37,871 bases of DNA from a virus (lineage: Duplodnaviria; Caudoviricetes): IMG/VR virus record IMGVR_UViG_3300021124_000013, positions 1 to 37,871 of that record. The stretch is one strand, 5' to 3'. The translations under genes and the position numbers were made by a program. Positions 24,009 through 31,766 of the stretch are shown here, piece after piece. Each line of letters starts with the position of its first letter. Position 1 is the first letter of the stretch. The notes beneath the pieces were generated by a model that was given only the letters and a program-made list of their open reading frames with translations, did no database searches and was not told the DNA's origin.

Positions 24009-25357
24009 TGGCACAGGATCCAAATAACCCAGTTATTCCAGCAGTTAAGAAACCTATTGTTAAGACGAATCCAGCAGGTGGACTGCCTGGTGCTACTAGT
24101 TCTAGTGCTGTTTCAACTGTTGTTAACCAGCCAGTAATTGGCGTTACCAACTCAACTACCTTAACTCTTAAAGATATTATTCCTGTTGCTCCTACTTCTG
24201 CTAGTGGTTCATGGACTACTGCTTACTTAGATAGTAGCGGAGCAGAGAAGTGGGCAGCAGTTTATTCTGATCCTAGTTCTCCTACTGGTTATAGCATTAC
24301 AACAGATCAGGCTGGCTATCGTCAGGCTGTTATTCAAAACCTTATTGGCAAGTATGGCAGCATTCTTAATGCAAAGAAAGCACTTGCTTCTGTTGCCGGT
24401 GGGCTAGGTGGAACTACTGCTAAAGCCAAAGCATCTATTGCTGCTGGCAATGGTAGCGATCCTGTTTTTGAAGCAACTGTTGATAGTCTTATTGGTACTG
24501 CTTCACGTACTAATTTCTACAGCAATGGTGTTAACACAACCAATGCTGTATCGCTTATTGATGGTCGTCCTAATTATGCTGGTACTCGTCAGTCTATTAC
24601 GGTTAACTACACTAGTAAAGATGCAGCATGGACTGACCTAGATAAGTTTATGGAAAATACTTTAGGGCGACATGCAAGCCTTGATGAGTTTAATAATTAC
24701 TATAAGCAACTTAATGCTTATGAAAAGACTCACCCTATTAATGCCACCGTTACAATGGATGGTTTGGGTGTAGAACGTAACCGTGTAGAAACTGCAGGAC
24801 CAAGTGCTGATGACAAGATGATGGTTCTTGTATCTGCTGTTACTCCTAGCCTTATGGCTGCTGGTAAAGATCCTAGTGCTATCTCAAAGACTGGTGGTCA
24901 ACTAGCACAAAACATGCTTGCTTTGCAGCAACGTGCAGCACAAATGGGCGTATCTGATTATTATGATCAGACTAAAGCATTTGAAGCAGCAGTTAATTCT
25001 ATTCAACCTGGCAATACTATTCAGGGAGAAGCAGCAAAGATTGACAACTTAGCAATTAGCCTTCCTAAATATAAGGGCATTGCTTCATCTCTTACTGCTG
25101 GCTTTACTGTGCAAGACATGCTTAAACCTTACAACGATAAACTGAATACTATTCTTGAAACAAGCAACCCTGTTGATTTTGCTAATCCATATCTTCAGAA
25201 AGCATTAACTGGTGGCCCCAATGGGGGACAAATGAATGATGATCAGTTTGCACAGTTAGTTAAAAGCGATCCTACATGGCGCAATACGCAGAATGCACGT
25301 GAGCAAGCGTCGCAGTACCTTAATCAAATTGGTCAGATGATGGGATTCACTGGATAA
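24008..25357 (+). CDS. Putative internal virion protein
   Basis: 449 aa, TAATG-coupled; LGRHAS.DE and DPTWRNTQNA motifs. Confidence 0.6.
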   Translation: MAQDPNNPVIPAVKKPIVKTNPAGGLPGATSSSAVSTVVNQPVIGVTNSTTLTLKDIIPVAPTSASGSWTTAYLDSSGAEKWAAVYSDPSSPTGYSITTDQAGYRQAVIQNLIGKYGSILNAKKALASVAGGLGGTTAKAKASIAAGNGSDPVFEATVDSLIGTASRTNFYSNGVNTTNAVSLIDGRPNYAGTRQSITVNYTSKDAAWTDLDKFMENTLGRHASLDEFNNYYKQLNAYEKTHPINATVTMDGLGVERNRVETAGPSADDKMMVLVSAVTPSLMAAGKDPSAISKTGGQLAQNMLALQQRAAQMGVSDYYDQTKAFEAAVNSIQPGNTIQGEAAKIDNLAISLPKYKGIASSLTAGFTVQDMLKPYNDKLNTILETSNPVDFANPYLQKALTGGPNGGQMNDDQFAQLVKSDPTWRNTQNAREQASQYLNQIGQMMGFTG

Positions 25358-25358
25358 C

Positions 25359-26576
25359 ATGGCTACTAATTTAGAAGCATCAGAAGCATCAGCACTAGCC
25401 AGATCTAAAGCAGCCGCCGCAGCCGCTGCAAAGAAAGCCGTACCTGGTTCATTGTTAGATCAATTTAATGCAGAGAACGCCGCACTTCTTGCAGAAACAA
25501 ATGTAGACTTTGCACAAATAAATGATTTAAGTACACAAAACAATGCTCTTATTGCTGACCTTGGAACCGTTGATCCAGTAACTAATGTTGTAACTTCTCC
25601 TGAAATTGCAATAGCCGATACAGCAGAACAAGAAGGAAAAACTGCTGCACTGGCCGCAGGCGGAGATGTAAAAATATATGGAGCCGATCCTCTTGCGGGA
25701 GTAACTGTTGTTAATCCAATTGATGCTGCTACTAAAGATGCTTACGCACTTATGGAAGCACAGTTTAGTCAATGGGGTATTCCAGAAGCAGCAACATTTT
25801 TTCAGCAACAAATGCAGAATAACATTGGTCCTAATGAAGCGTTGGTTCTATTGCGTAACCAGCCTTTTTATCAAGCAAGATTTGCTGGTAACACTGCTCG
25901 CTTAGCAGCGGGTATGAATGCTTTAAAAGAAGCAGATTATATTGCCCTTGAGAATCAATACTCTAACTTGTTTACAAGTTATGGAGTGCAGAACCTTGCT
26001 ACTAAAGAACAGTTTGCTACGCTTATTGGTAGTGACATTGCTCCTACTGAACTTAACACTCGTCTTGATTTAGCAGTAACACAAGTTCAACAAGCAGATC
26101 CAACTGTTATGTCTACGCTTAAGCAGTTCTATCCTAACATTAGTACTAGCAACTTGGTCTCATATTTCTTGGCACCTAATGAAACATTGCCTGCATTACA
26201 ACGTCAAGTACAGACTGCTGATGTCGGCGCTGCTGCTATTCAAGCAGGTCTTACAACTAGCCAGTCTTCTGCTGCAGCTCTTGCTGCATATGGAGTTACT
26301 TACTCTCAGGCACAAGCAGGTTACGGAAAAATTGCTGAAGTACTTCCTGCATCTCAGAAACTTAGTGCTATCTATGGTGCACAAACTGGTATCAACTATA
26401 ACCAGGCTGAAGGTGAAGCACAGTATCTTGAGAACTCTGGTGCTGCTGCACTAGAGCAACAGAAACTTAAAGACTTAGAAGGCGCACAGTTCTCAGGTAA
26501 ATCTGGAATTGTGGGAGCGAACGCAGCCGCTGGATACAGCGGTTCACTTGGACAGCAACTCCAAGGCAAGATCTAA
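25359..26576 (+). CDS. Putative internal virion protein
   Basis: 405-aa Ala/Gln-rich ORF; Y.ARFAGN..R, E.AQFSGKSG. Confidence 0.6.
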   Translation: MATNLEASEASALARSKAAAAAAAKKAVPGSLLDQFNAENAALLAETNVDFAQINDLSTQNNALIADLGTVDPVTNVVTSPEIAIADTAEQEGKTAALAAGGDVKIYGADPLAGVTVVNPIDAATKDAYALMEAQFSQWGIPEAATFFQQQMQNNIGPNEALVLLRNQPFYQARFAGNTARLAAGMNALKEADYIALENQYSNLFTSYGVQNLATKEQFATLIGSDIAPTELNTRLDLAVTQVQQADPTVMSTLKQFYPNISTSNLVSYFLAPNETLPALQRQVQTADVGAAAIQAGLTTSQSSAAALAAYGVTYSQAQAGYGKIAEVLPASQKLSAIYGAQTGINYNQAEGEAQYLENSGAAALEQQKLKDLEGAQFSGKSGIVGANAAAGYSGSLGQQLQGKI

Positions 26577-26584
26577 ATAGAATC

Positions 26585-26703
26585 CCTTTACCAACATACC
26601 AGCGTGGTAGAGGCGTATTAAGACTGGTAGTGAGATCCATTAATACTTCCCCGGGTATTGATGTGGCTTGCGATACACATAACAGAATGGGAGAACGGTT
26701 GCT
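26585..26703 (+). ncRNA. Putative cis-regulatory leader (pseudoknot plus anti-SD hairpin) of the scaffold-capsid genes
   Basis: CUUUACCA/UGGUAGAG stem; loop UACCAG pairs with CUGGUA 26624-26629; second stem UUAAUAC/GUAUUGA with loop UUCCCCGG. Confidence 0.55.
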
Positions 26704-27189
26704 ATGGCAACAAACGATTGGGACGACGAAGACGACTTTGATGTCGAGGAAACACAGACACAGCCTACAGGCGATGACGCTATGAAGCGTCTACGTAAGG
26801 CAAAACGTGCTGATGAAAAACGTATCAAAGAACTTACTGAGCAACTTGAGGGATTGTCCAAGGTGCAGCGTGAGCGTGTAGTTAAAGAAGTCCTTGATCA
26901 AAAGGGTGTAAATCCTAAGGCTGCTCGATTGATCCTCAATGATCTTTCCGATGTCACAGAAGAAACAGTCTCGCACTGGCTCGATGACAACGGTGATCTC
27001 TTTGGTTTCAGTAAGCGTCAAGAGGAAGTTAACCCTCAGCAGCAAGCAGATCTTGCGGCACTACGTCAGCAAGACATTGTTACTCAGGGTGCTTTAACAC
27101 CCGACAAAGCAATGGATGCTATGAATAGAATCAACGACGCTTCAAGCGCCGAAGAAATTATTCGTATGATTCAAAGCGGAAACTTTTAA
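26704..27189 (+). CDS. Capsid scaffolding protein
   Basis: Acidic N-terminus and coiled coil (LRKAKRADEKRIKELTEQL); directly before the capsid gene. Confidence 0.85.
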   Translation: MATNDWDDEDDFDVEETQTQPTGDDAMKRLRKAKRADEKRIKELTEQLEGLSKVQRERVVKEVLDQKGVNPKAARLILNDLSDVTEETVSHWLDDNGDLFGFSKRQEEVNPQQQADLAALRQQDIVTQGALTPDKAMDAMNRINDASSAEEIIRMIQSGNF

Positions 27190-27224
27190 TCAACCGAAAC
27201 TCTAACCTTTAGGAGGTGCAATAA

Positions 27225-28412
27225 ATGGCTAACGCATATACCAATACCGGATCTACCTCTCTCGGAGGTACCGCTGGTGGTGCTGGTCTCGTACAGAAGG
27301 CGTATGATCGCCTTATCGAGTTCGCCCTTCGTGCTCAGCCTCTTATCCGCCAAGTTGCAGATAAGACCCCAGCACGTCAAAGCATTCCTGGTTCATCTGT
27401 TGTATTGCAACGTTACGTTGACCTTACTCAGAACACATCTTCTCTTACAGAAACTGTGGATCCAGATGCAGTAGCGCTCGCTACACCAACATACACAACC
27501 ATTACTCTCCAAGAGTATGGTAACGCGGTGCTCGTCACTCGCGCGTTGGAACTCTTCTCACTTGCAGATGTAGATCCAGCAGTTGCTAACATCATCGCTT
27601 ACAACATGGCAGACTCAGTTGATACCCTTGCACAGACAACTCTTGCAACCGGTACCAACGTACTCCGTCCATCTTCTGTTACATCAACAGCAGCATTGAC
27701 TTCAAGCAACGTATTCAACTCAGCAGTTGCCCGTAAGGCAACAGCCAAGTTGCGTACAAACAAGGCTATCCCACGTAAGGGATCACTCTACTGGGCAGGT
27801 ATCCACCCAGAAGTTGCCCACGATCTCCGCGCTGAAACAGGCGTAGGATCATGGCGCCAGCCACACGAATACCAGGCAAATGATGAGATCTGGGCAGGCG
27901 AGCTTGGTACCTATGAAGGTGCTTTCTACGTCGAGTCTCCACGTCTCTTCTCTAACAAGACTGGTGCAACCCAGTCAACATTCACAACAACTACCTCTAC
28001 CTCAGCAGCATCAGGTGCGACCACACTCGCAATTGTTGCTCCTACAGGTGGAAACGTTATCAACGTTGGTGACCAGGTTTCTGGTACAGGCGTTGGAACA
28101 GGTGCAGTTGTTACTGCAATCGATACTACAGGTCTTATCCTCACAGTATCAGTTGCTGTTACATCAGCAGGTGTTACCTCTGGTGCGACTATCACAATCA
28201 CTCCTGTAACAAAGGTGTTCAACACCTACTTCGCTGGACAGCAGGCACTTGCGGAAGCAGTAGCCGAAGAGTTCCACGTTGTTATCGGACCAGTTGTTGA
28301 CAAGTTGATGCGTCACCGTCCACTCGGATGGTACGGAATTGCAGGTTGGTCTGTATACCGTAACGAAGCACTCTACCGTGTCGAGTCTTCTTCATCTATT
28401 GATTACGTGTAA
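27225..28412 (+). CDS. Major capsid protein (N4-gp56-like) with Thr/Gly-rich insertion
   Basis: SD AGGAGGT; TLQEYGN, IHPEVAHDLR, GELGTYEG..YVES, DKLMR.RPLGWYG. Confidence 0.9.
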   Translation: MANAYTNTGSTSLGGTAGGAGLVQKAYDRLIEFALRAQPLIRQVADKTPARQSIPGSSVVLQRYVDLTQNTSSLTETVDPDAVALATPTYTTITLQEYGNAVLVTRALELFSLADVDPAVANIIAYNMADSVDTLAQTTLATGTNVLRPSSVTSTAALTSSNVFNSAVARKATAKLRTNKAIPRKGSLYWAGIHPEVAHDLRAETGVGSWRQPHEYQANDEIWAGELGTYEGAFYVESPRLFSNKTGATQSTFTTTTSTSAASGATTLAIVAPTGGNVINVGDQVSGTGVGTGAVVTAIDTTGLILTVSVAVTSAGVTSGATITITPVTKVFNTYFAGQQALAEAVAEEFHVVIGPVVDKLMRHRPLGWYGIAGWSVYRNEALYRVESSSSIDYV

Positions 28413-28425
28413 CCAATAGTTAATT

Positions 28426-28465
28426 GACTGTAGGGCTGGGATTAAACCCAGCCTTATGGTAAGTC
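28426..28465 (+). terminator. Hairpin after the major capsid gene (attenuator/terminator-like)
   Basis: CTGTAGGGCTGGG-attaaa-CCCAGCCTTATGG; lacks a clear U tract. Confidence 0.5.
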
Positions 28466-28482
28466 CACTATTAAGGAGCGAT

Positions 28483-28779
28483 ATGGCACAGCAATATTTT
28501 ACTGGTCCAACGACCTCTGAAGGACCGGCGGGTGGCGGACGTTTGTTTATCCGTTTCCGTTTAACACGTGGTATCACGATCTATCGTCAGGCTGGTAAGT
28601 GGTATCAAATCCGCTATCCAACTGAAGACCAGACAGCAGCAGCGGATCCAGGTACTGTCCTAAAGGGCGGGTACTCAACTCCGATATCAGATTCTCTAGC
28701 GACGGAACTTACGAATGCAGGTTATGGACAATACATTACAACAGGATTGCCCCCAGTACAGTCATACGACACTTATTAA
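28483..28779 (+). CDS. Hypothetical virion-associated protein
   Basis: SD AAGGAG; F..PT..EGPAGGGRLF. Confidence 0.75.
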   Translation: MAQQYFTGPTTSEGPAGGGRLFIRFRLTRGITIYRQAGKWYQIRYPTEDQTAAADPGTVLKGGYSTPISDSLATELTNAGYGQYITTGLPPVQSYDTY

Positions 28780-29206
28780 AGAGTGGGGTTACAAGTTAGT
28801 TGATGGTGATGTTAAAGAATACGCATCCCTTTATGGTTGTTCTAAATGCAACGTTACATCAACAGAGCTCTTTCCTTCAGAAGAAGCAGCAGTAGTAGAC
28901 CACACTAAGTGTGGCGATGATTGCTTTGGTTGCAAGGTTAAAAACCTTCAACTTAATGCCGGTGATGCCAAGCACTCCATTACCGAATCAGGCACCACTC
29001 AAAAGAAGTGGGACAAAGAACTAGATTTCTACAAAGAGGCAAGATCTCAAGGGATCCAACCTGAAAGCACAACACGTGCTGCTGTAGAAAAAGCATACGA
29101 AGCCTCAGAGGTTCTTAACAAACCTTATGACGGTGGAACGATGCCGAAAGCCAACTTCATTAATAATAAAACAGTAGAAGTAATGAAAGAAGTAGGAGCA
29201 ATCTAA
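28724..29206 (+). CDS. Cys/His-containing hypothetical protein
   Basis: CSKC, H..C.DDCFGCK, KKWDKEL..Y..ARSQGIQP; start uncertain. Confidence 0.75.
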   Translation: MDNTLQQDCPQYSHTTLIKEWGYKLVDGDVKEYASLYGCSKCNVTSTELFPSEEAAVVDHTKCGDDCFGCKVKNLQLNAGDAKHSITESGTTQKKWDKELDFYKEARSQGIQPESTTRAAVEKAYEASEVLNKPYDGGTMPKANFINNKTVEVMKEVGAI

Positions 29207-29388
29207 TGGCTTATTCAAATAAGGCAGATGCAAAGCAAGACGCAAAGACAATGAAGGGTATGTCCCCCGCTCAAAAGGCAGCCTTCAAGAAGGCGGATGC
29301 AAAGATGGATTCTAAGAAGCCATCTGCCTCTGCTGACAAGAAGATGGATACAGCCCTTCGTTCCAAGATCATGAAGAAAGGTAAGTAA
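29206..29388 (+). CDS. Small Lys/Ala-rich protein
   Basis: TAATG-coupled; ends KKGK. Confidence 0.8.
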   Translation: MAYSNKADAKQDAKTMKGMSPAQKAAFKKADAKMDSKKPSASADKKMDTALRSKIMKKGK

Positions 29389-29390
29389 CT

Positions 29391-29510
29391 ATGTGCGCAA
29401 CATGCGGATGTACAGGACAGGTTGTATCACCACGTACTAAGGCTTCAGATAACTCTAGAGTTTCTAAAGACCAGGGTAACGTTGGATCAGCAACAGGCAA
29501 GGGCAGATAA
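29391..29510 (+). CDS. 39-aa protein with N-terminal MCxxCGC (not in ORF track)
   Basis: MCATCGCTGQVVSPRTKASDNSRVSKDQGNVGSATGKGR*. Confidence 0.75.
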   Translation: MCATCGCTGQVVSPRTKASDNSRVSKDQGNVGSATGKGR

Positions 29511-29512
29511 TT

Positions 29513-29656
29513 ATGTGCCGCAATTCAGTAATCGGTTGCGAGTGCAACGGAGAAACAGCAGTAACAATCGTAGCACCAGTCAGAGTAGCACCAGGTCAGA
29601 ATGCATCAGTCATTTCTGGCTTTGATACTCCAACACCTATCGGAAAAGGAAAGTAA
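29513..29656 (+). CDS. 47-aa protein with N-terminal Cys cluster (not in ORF track)
   Basis: MCRNSVIGCECNGETAVTIVAPVRVAPGQNASVISGFDTPTPIGKGK*. Confidence 0.7.
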   Translation: MCRNSVIGCECNGETAVTIVAPVRVAPGQNASVISGFDTPTPIGKGK

Positions 29657-29657
29657 C

Positions 29658-29858
29658 ATGGCAGCAGATATGATGAATCCAAAGCAGCGTTCAGTTGCTA
29701 AAGATTACTCTTCAGTAAACACAGGCGATTTCATGGGCGGAGTTGCTCCAGCAGGAGCACCAATGTACCAGACTCTTGACAACACAGGAACTGCTTCAGG
29801 TCCTGCTCAGGTTGTTCAGGGTGTATACGTTGCGCCTGAAGGCGGACGCGCTAAGTAA
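29658..29858 (+). CDS. Small hypothetical protein
   Basis: ATG 29658 after AAGGAAAG; MAADMMNPKQR...EGGRAK*. Confidence 0.75.
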   Translation: MAADMMNPKQRSVAKDYSSVNTGDFMGGVAPAGAPMYQTLDNTGTASGPAQVVQGVYVAPEGGRAK

Positions 29859-30043
29859 TGGCTGACGCAAAAAAAGGCATGGGCTTTTCTAAAGCTCAAG
29901 CGCAGATTGCAAAGAAGCAAGGTATTTCAAATAAAGCAGCGGGAGCAATCCTTGCAGCAGGTGCTCGCAATGCTAGCCCTGCCGCTAAGAAGGCTAACCC
30001 TAATTTAAAAAAAGTAGCAATGCCTAAAAAGCAAGGGAAGTAA
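29858..30043 (+). CDS. Small Lys/Ala-rich protein
   Basis: GMGFSKAQAQIAKKQG...AGAILAAGARNASPAAKKANPNLKKV. Confidence 0.8.
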   Translation: MADAKKGMGFSKAQAQIAKKQGISNKAAGAILAAGARNASPAAKKANPNLKKVAMPKKQGK

Positions 30044-30045
30044 TT

Positions 30046-30306
30046 ATGGCAACCGATCCACGTCTTAAGAAAGCCGGAGTCTCTGGCTTTAACCAACCAA
30101 AGCGTACACCTAACCATCCTACTAAGTCACACGTTGTTGTGGCTAAGTCTGGTGATCAGATTAAAACTATTAGGTTTGGTCAACAAGGCGTGGTCGGTGA
30201 CCATAAGCCAACAGCACGACAAGCTTCATTCAAAGCACGTCATGCAGCGAACATTGCTAAAGGCAAGATGAGTGCAGCCTATTGGGCAGACAAGGTGAAA
30301 TGGTAA
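30046..30306 (+). CDS. Small basic phage protein
   Basis: PKRTP.HPTKSHVV, IRFGQQG, SFKARH, SAAYWADKVKW. Confidence 0.85.
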   Translation: MATDPRLKKAGVSGFNQPKRTPNHPTKSHVVVAKSGDQIKTIRFGQQGVVGDHKPTARQASFKARHAANIAKGKMSAAYWADKVKW

Positions 30307-30482
30307 TGGCTAAGGCATTTAAAGCAGCAGACGGCAAAGCACACATTGTTACTAAAGATGTAGTAGTTAAGCATCCTGGTAATTCTAAAAAAACTATTGA
30401 CCTTACACAAAAGGCTGGCGTTAAATCAATTGCTGCAGGAAAGAAAGCAGTTCAAAAGTATCATTCTAAGAAAGGTAAGTAA
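30306..30482 (+). CDS. Small Lys-rich protein
   Basis: TAATG-coupled on both sides; ends KKGK. Confidence 0.8.
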   Translation: MAKAFKAADGKAHIVTKDVVVKHPGNSKKTIDLTQKAGVKSIAAGKKAVQKYHSKKGK

Positions 30483-30832
30483 TGCCACAGCCTACCTACG
30501 GAACAATTAATATTTATGGCACCAACTATACTTTGTATGGCAAGCCTGGTTCTACTGAGCGTGATGAACTTAACCGCTTAGCCAATGGTGGAACTTATCC
30601 AACTGTTGACAAATACATTGATGAGCAAGCAGCAGCAAACATATGGGCAGGTATTCATACTGATACCAGTTATCTTGCTACATCTTATGCTCTTAATCTT
30701 AAGTACAACTCAAGCCGTAAGCATACAGATTTTAAAGACTATAACGGTATCTGTAACGAACTAGCAGGACTAGGCACTGACCCATCTAAATGGGTTGAAG
30801 GCGTAACTGCATTAAGGTTGATTGCATCCTAA
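30482..30832 (+). CDS. Hypothetical virion protein
   Basis: ELNRLANGGTYP, GICNELAG. Confidence 0.75.
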   Translation: MPQPTYGTINIYGTNYTLYGKPGSTERDELNRLANGGTYPTVDKYIDEQAAANIWAGIHTDTSYLATSYALNLKYNSSRKHTDFKDYNGICNELAGLGTDPSKWVEGVTALRLIAS

Positions 30833-31758
30833 TGACTACTCAACTTACCGATTTAGTCAACGATGTTGAACTTAACATTCAAGGATTTACATACCGTCAA
30901 GACCGTGCTACTTGGCTGACAGCAGCCTGCACATCTGGAGATTTGATTCTTCAGGTTGCATCTACCGATAACATTGGTAAAGGTATCATTGAAATTGACG
31001 ATGAGATGATGTGGGTAGATGCCTATGATCGTCAGGCTAACACAGTTACCATTGCACCGTATGGTCGTGGATACAATTCATCTACTGCTGCGTCTCATGC
31101 GCTTAACGCAAAAGTAGTTATCACTCCTACCTATCCACGTGTATCAGTTATCCGTGCTATCAATGACACTATTAATTCTGTATACCCAAAGGTATTTGCA
31201 CTAGGTGCAACAGACTTTAGTTTCTTGGCATCTCGTACCACATACCAGATTCCATCTGAAGCAATTCAAATCTTGCATATGGCATGGCAGACTGTTGGAC
31301 CTACTAAGGAATGGCTACCTATTCGTCAGTGGCGCTGGGATCCGTTGGCTGATACAGCCTACTGGGGTGTTCAAACACCAGATGGAGTTAGCACAGGCTA
31401 CTCCAAGACTGTATCACTATACGACAACATTCTTCCTGGTCGTACTGTTCACTGTGTTTATGCCAAGCAACCAGTGCCAATGGTTAATGAAACAGATAAC
31501 TTTGAGACAACCACAGGGTTGCCTTCTAGCATGCGTGACGTAATTATTTATGGCGCAACATGGCGCCTATCTTCATTCCTAGATCCAGCTCGTAACTCTA
31601 TAACTTCCGCTGCAGCCGATGAGTTTGAATCAAAGCGACCATACGGTGTTGGCGGAAACGTAACAAAAAATCTTCAAGCAATTTTCCAGAGTCGTCTTGA
31701 AGAAGAATCATTAAAGCAAAAACTTCAGTTCCCAACCCGCGTCCACTACAGCCGATAG
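30832..31758 (+). CDS. Putative head-tail adaptor / tail tubular protein
   Basis: 308 aa; AIND..., D.IIYGA..RL pattern; contains an IEIDDE...RG...TAASH beta insert; position before the fibre gene. Confidence 0.6.
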   Translation: MTTQLTDLVNDVELNIQGFTYRQDRATWLTAACTSGDLILQVASTDNIGKGIIEIDDEMMWVDAYDRQANTVTIAPYGRGYNSSTAASHALNAKVVITPTYPRVSVIRAINDTINSVYPKVFALGATDFSFLASRTTYQIPSEAIQILHMAWQTVGPTKEWLPIRQWRWDPLADTAYWGVQTPDGVSTGYSKTVSLYDNILPGRTVHCVYAKQPVPMVNETDNFETTTGLPSSMRDVIIYGATWRLSSFLDPARNSITSAAADEFESKRPYGVGGNVTKNLQAIFQSRLEEESLKQKLQFPTRVHYSR

Positions 31759-31766
31759 GTCAATAG

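Noticed and set aside
29422-29657. ORF-track ORF 29422-29625 and the upstream extension of 29601-29858
   Set aside because: Better-coupled short ORFs (29391, 29513, 29658) with SD sequences tile the region.
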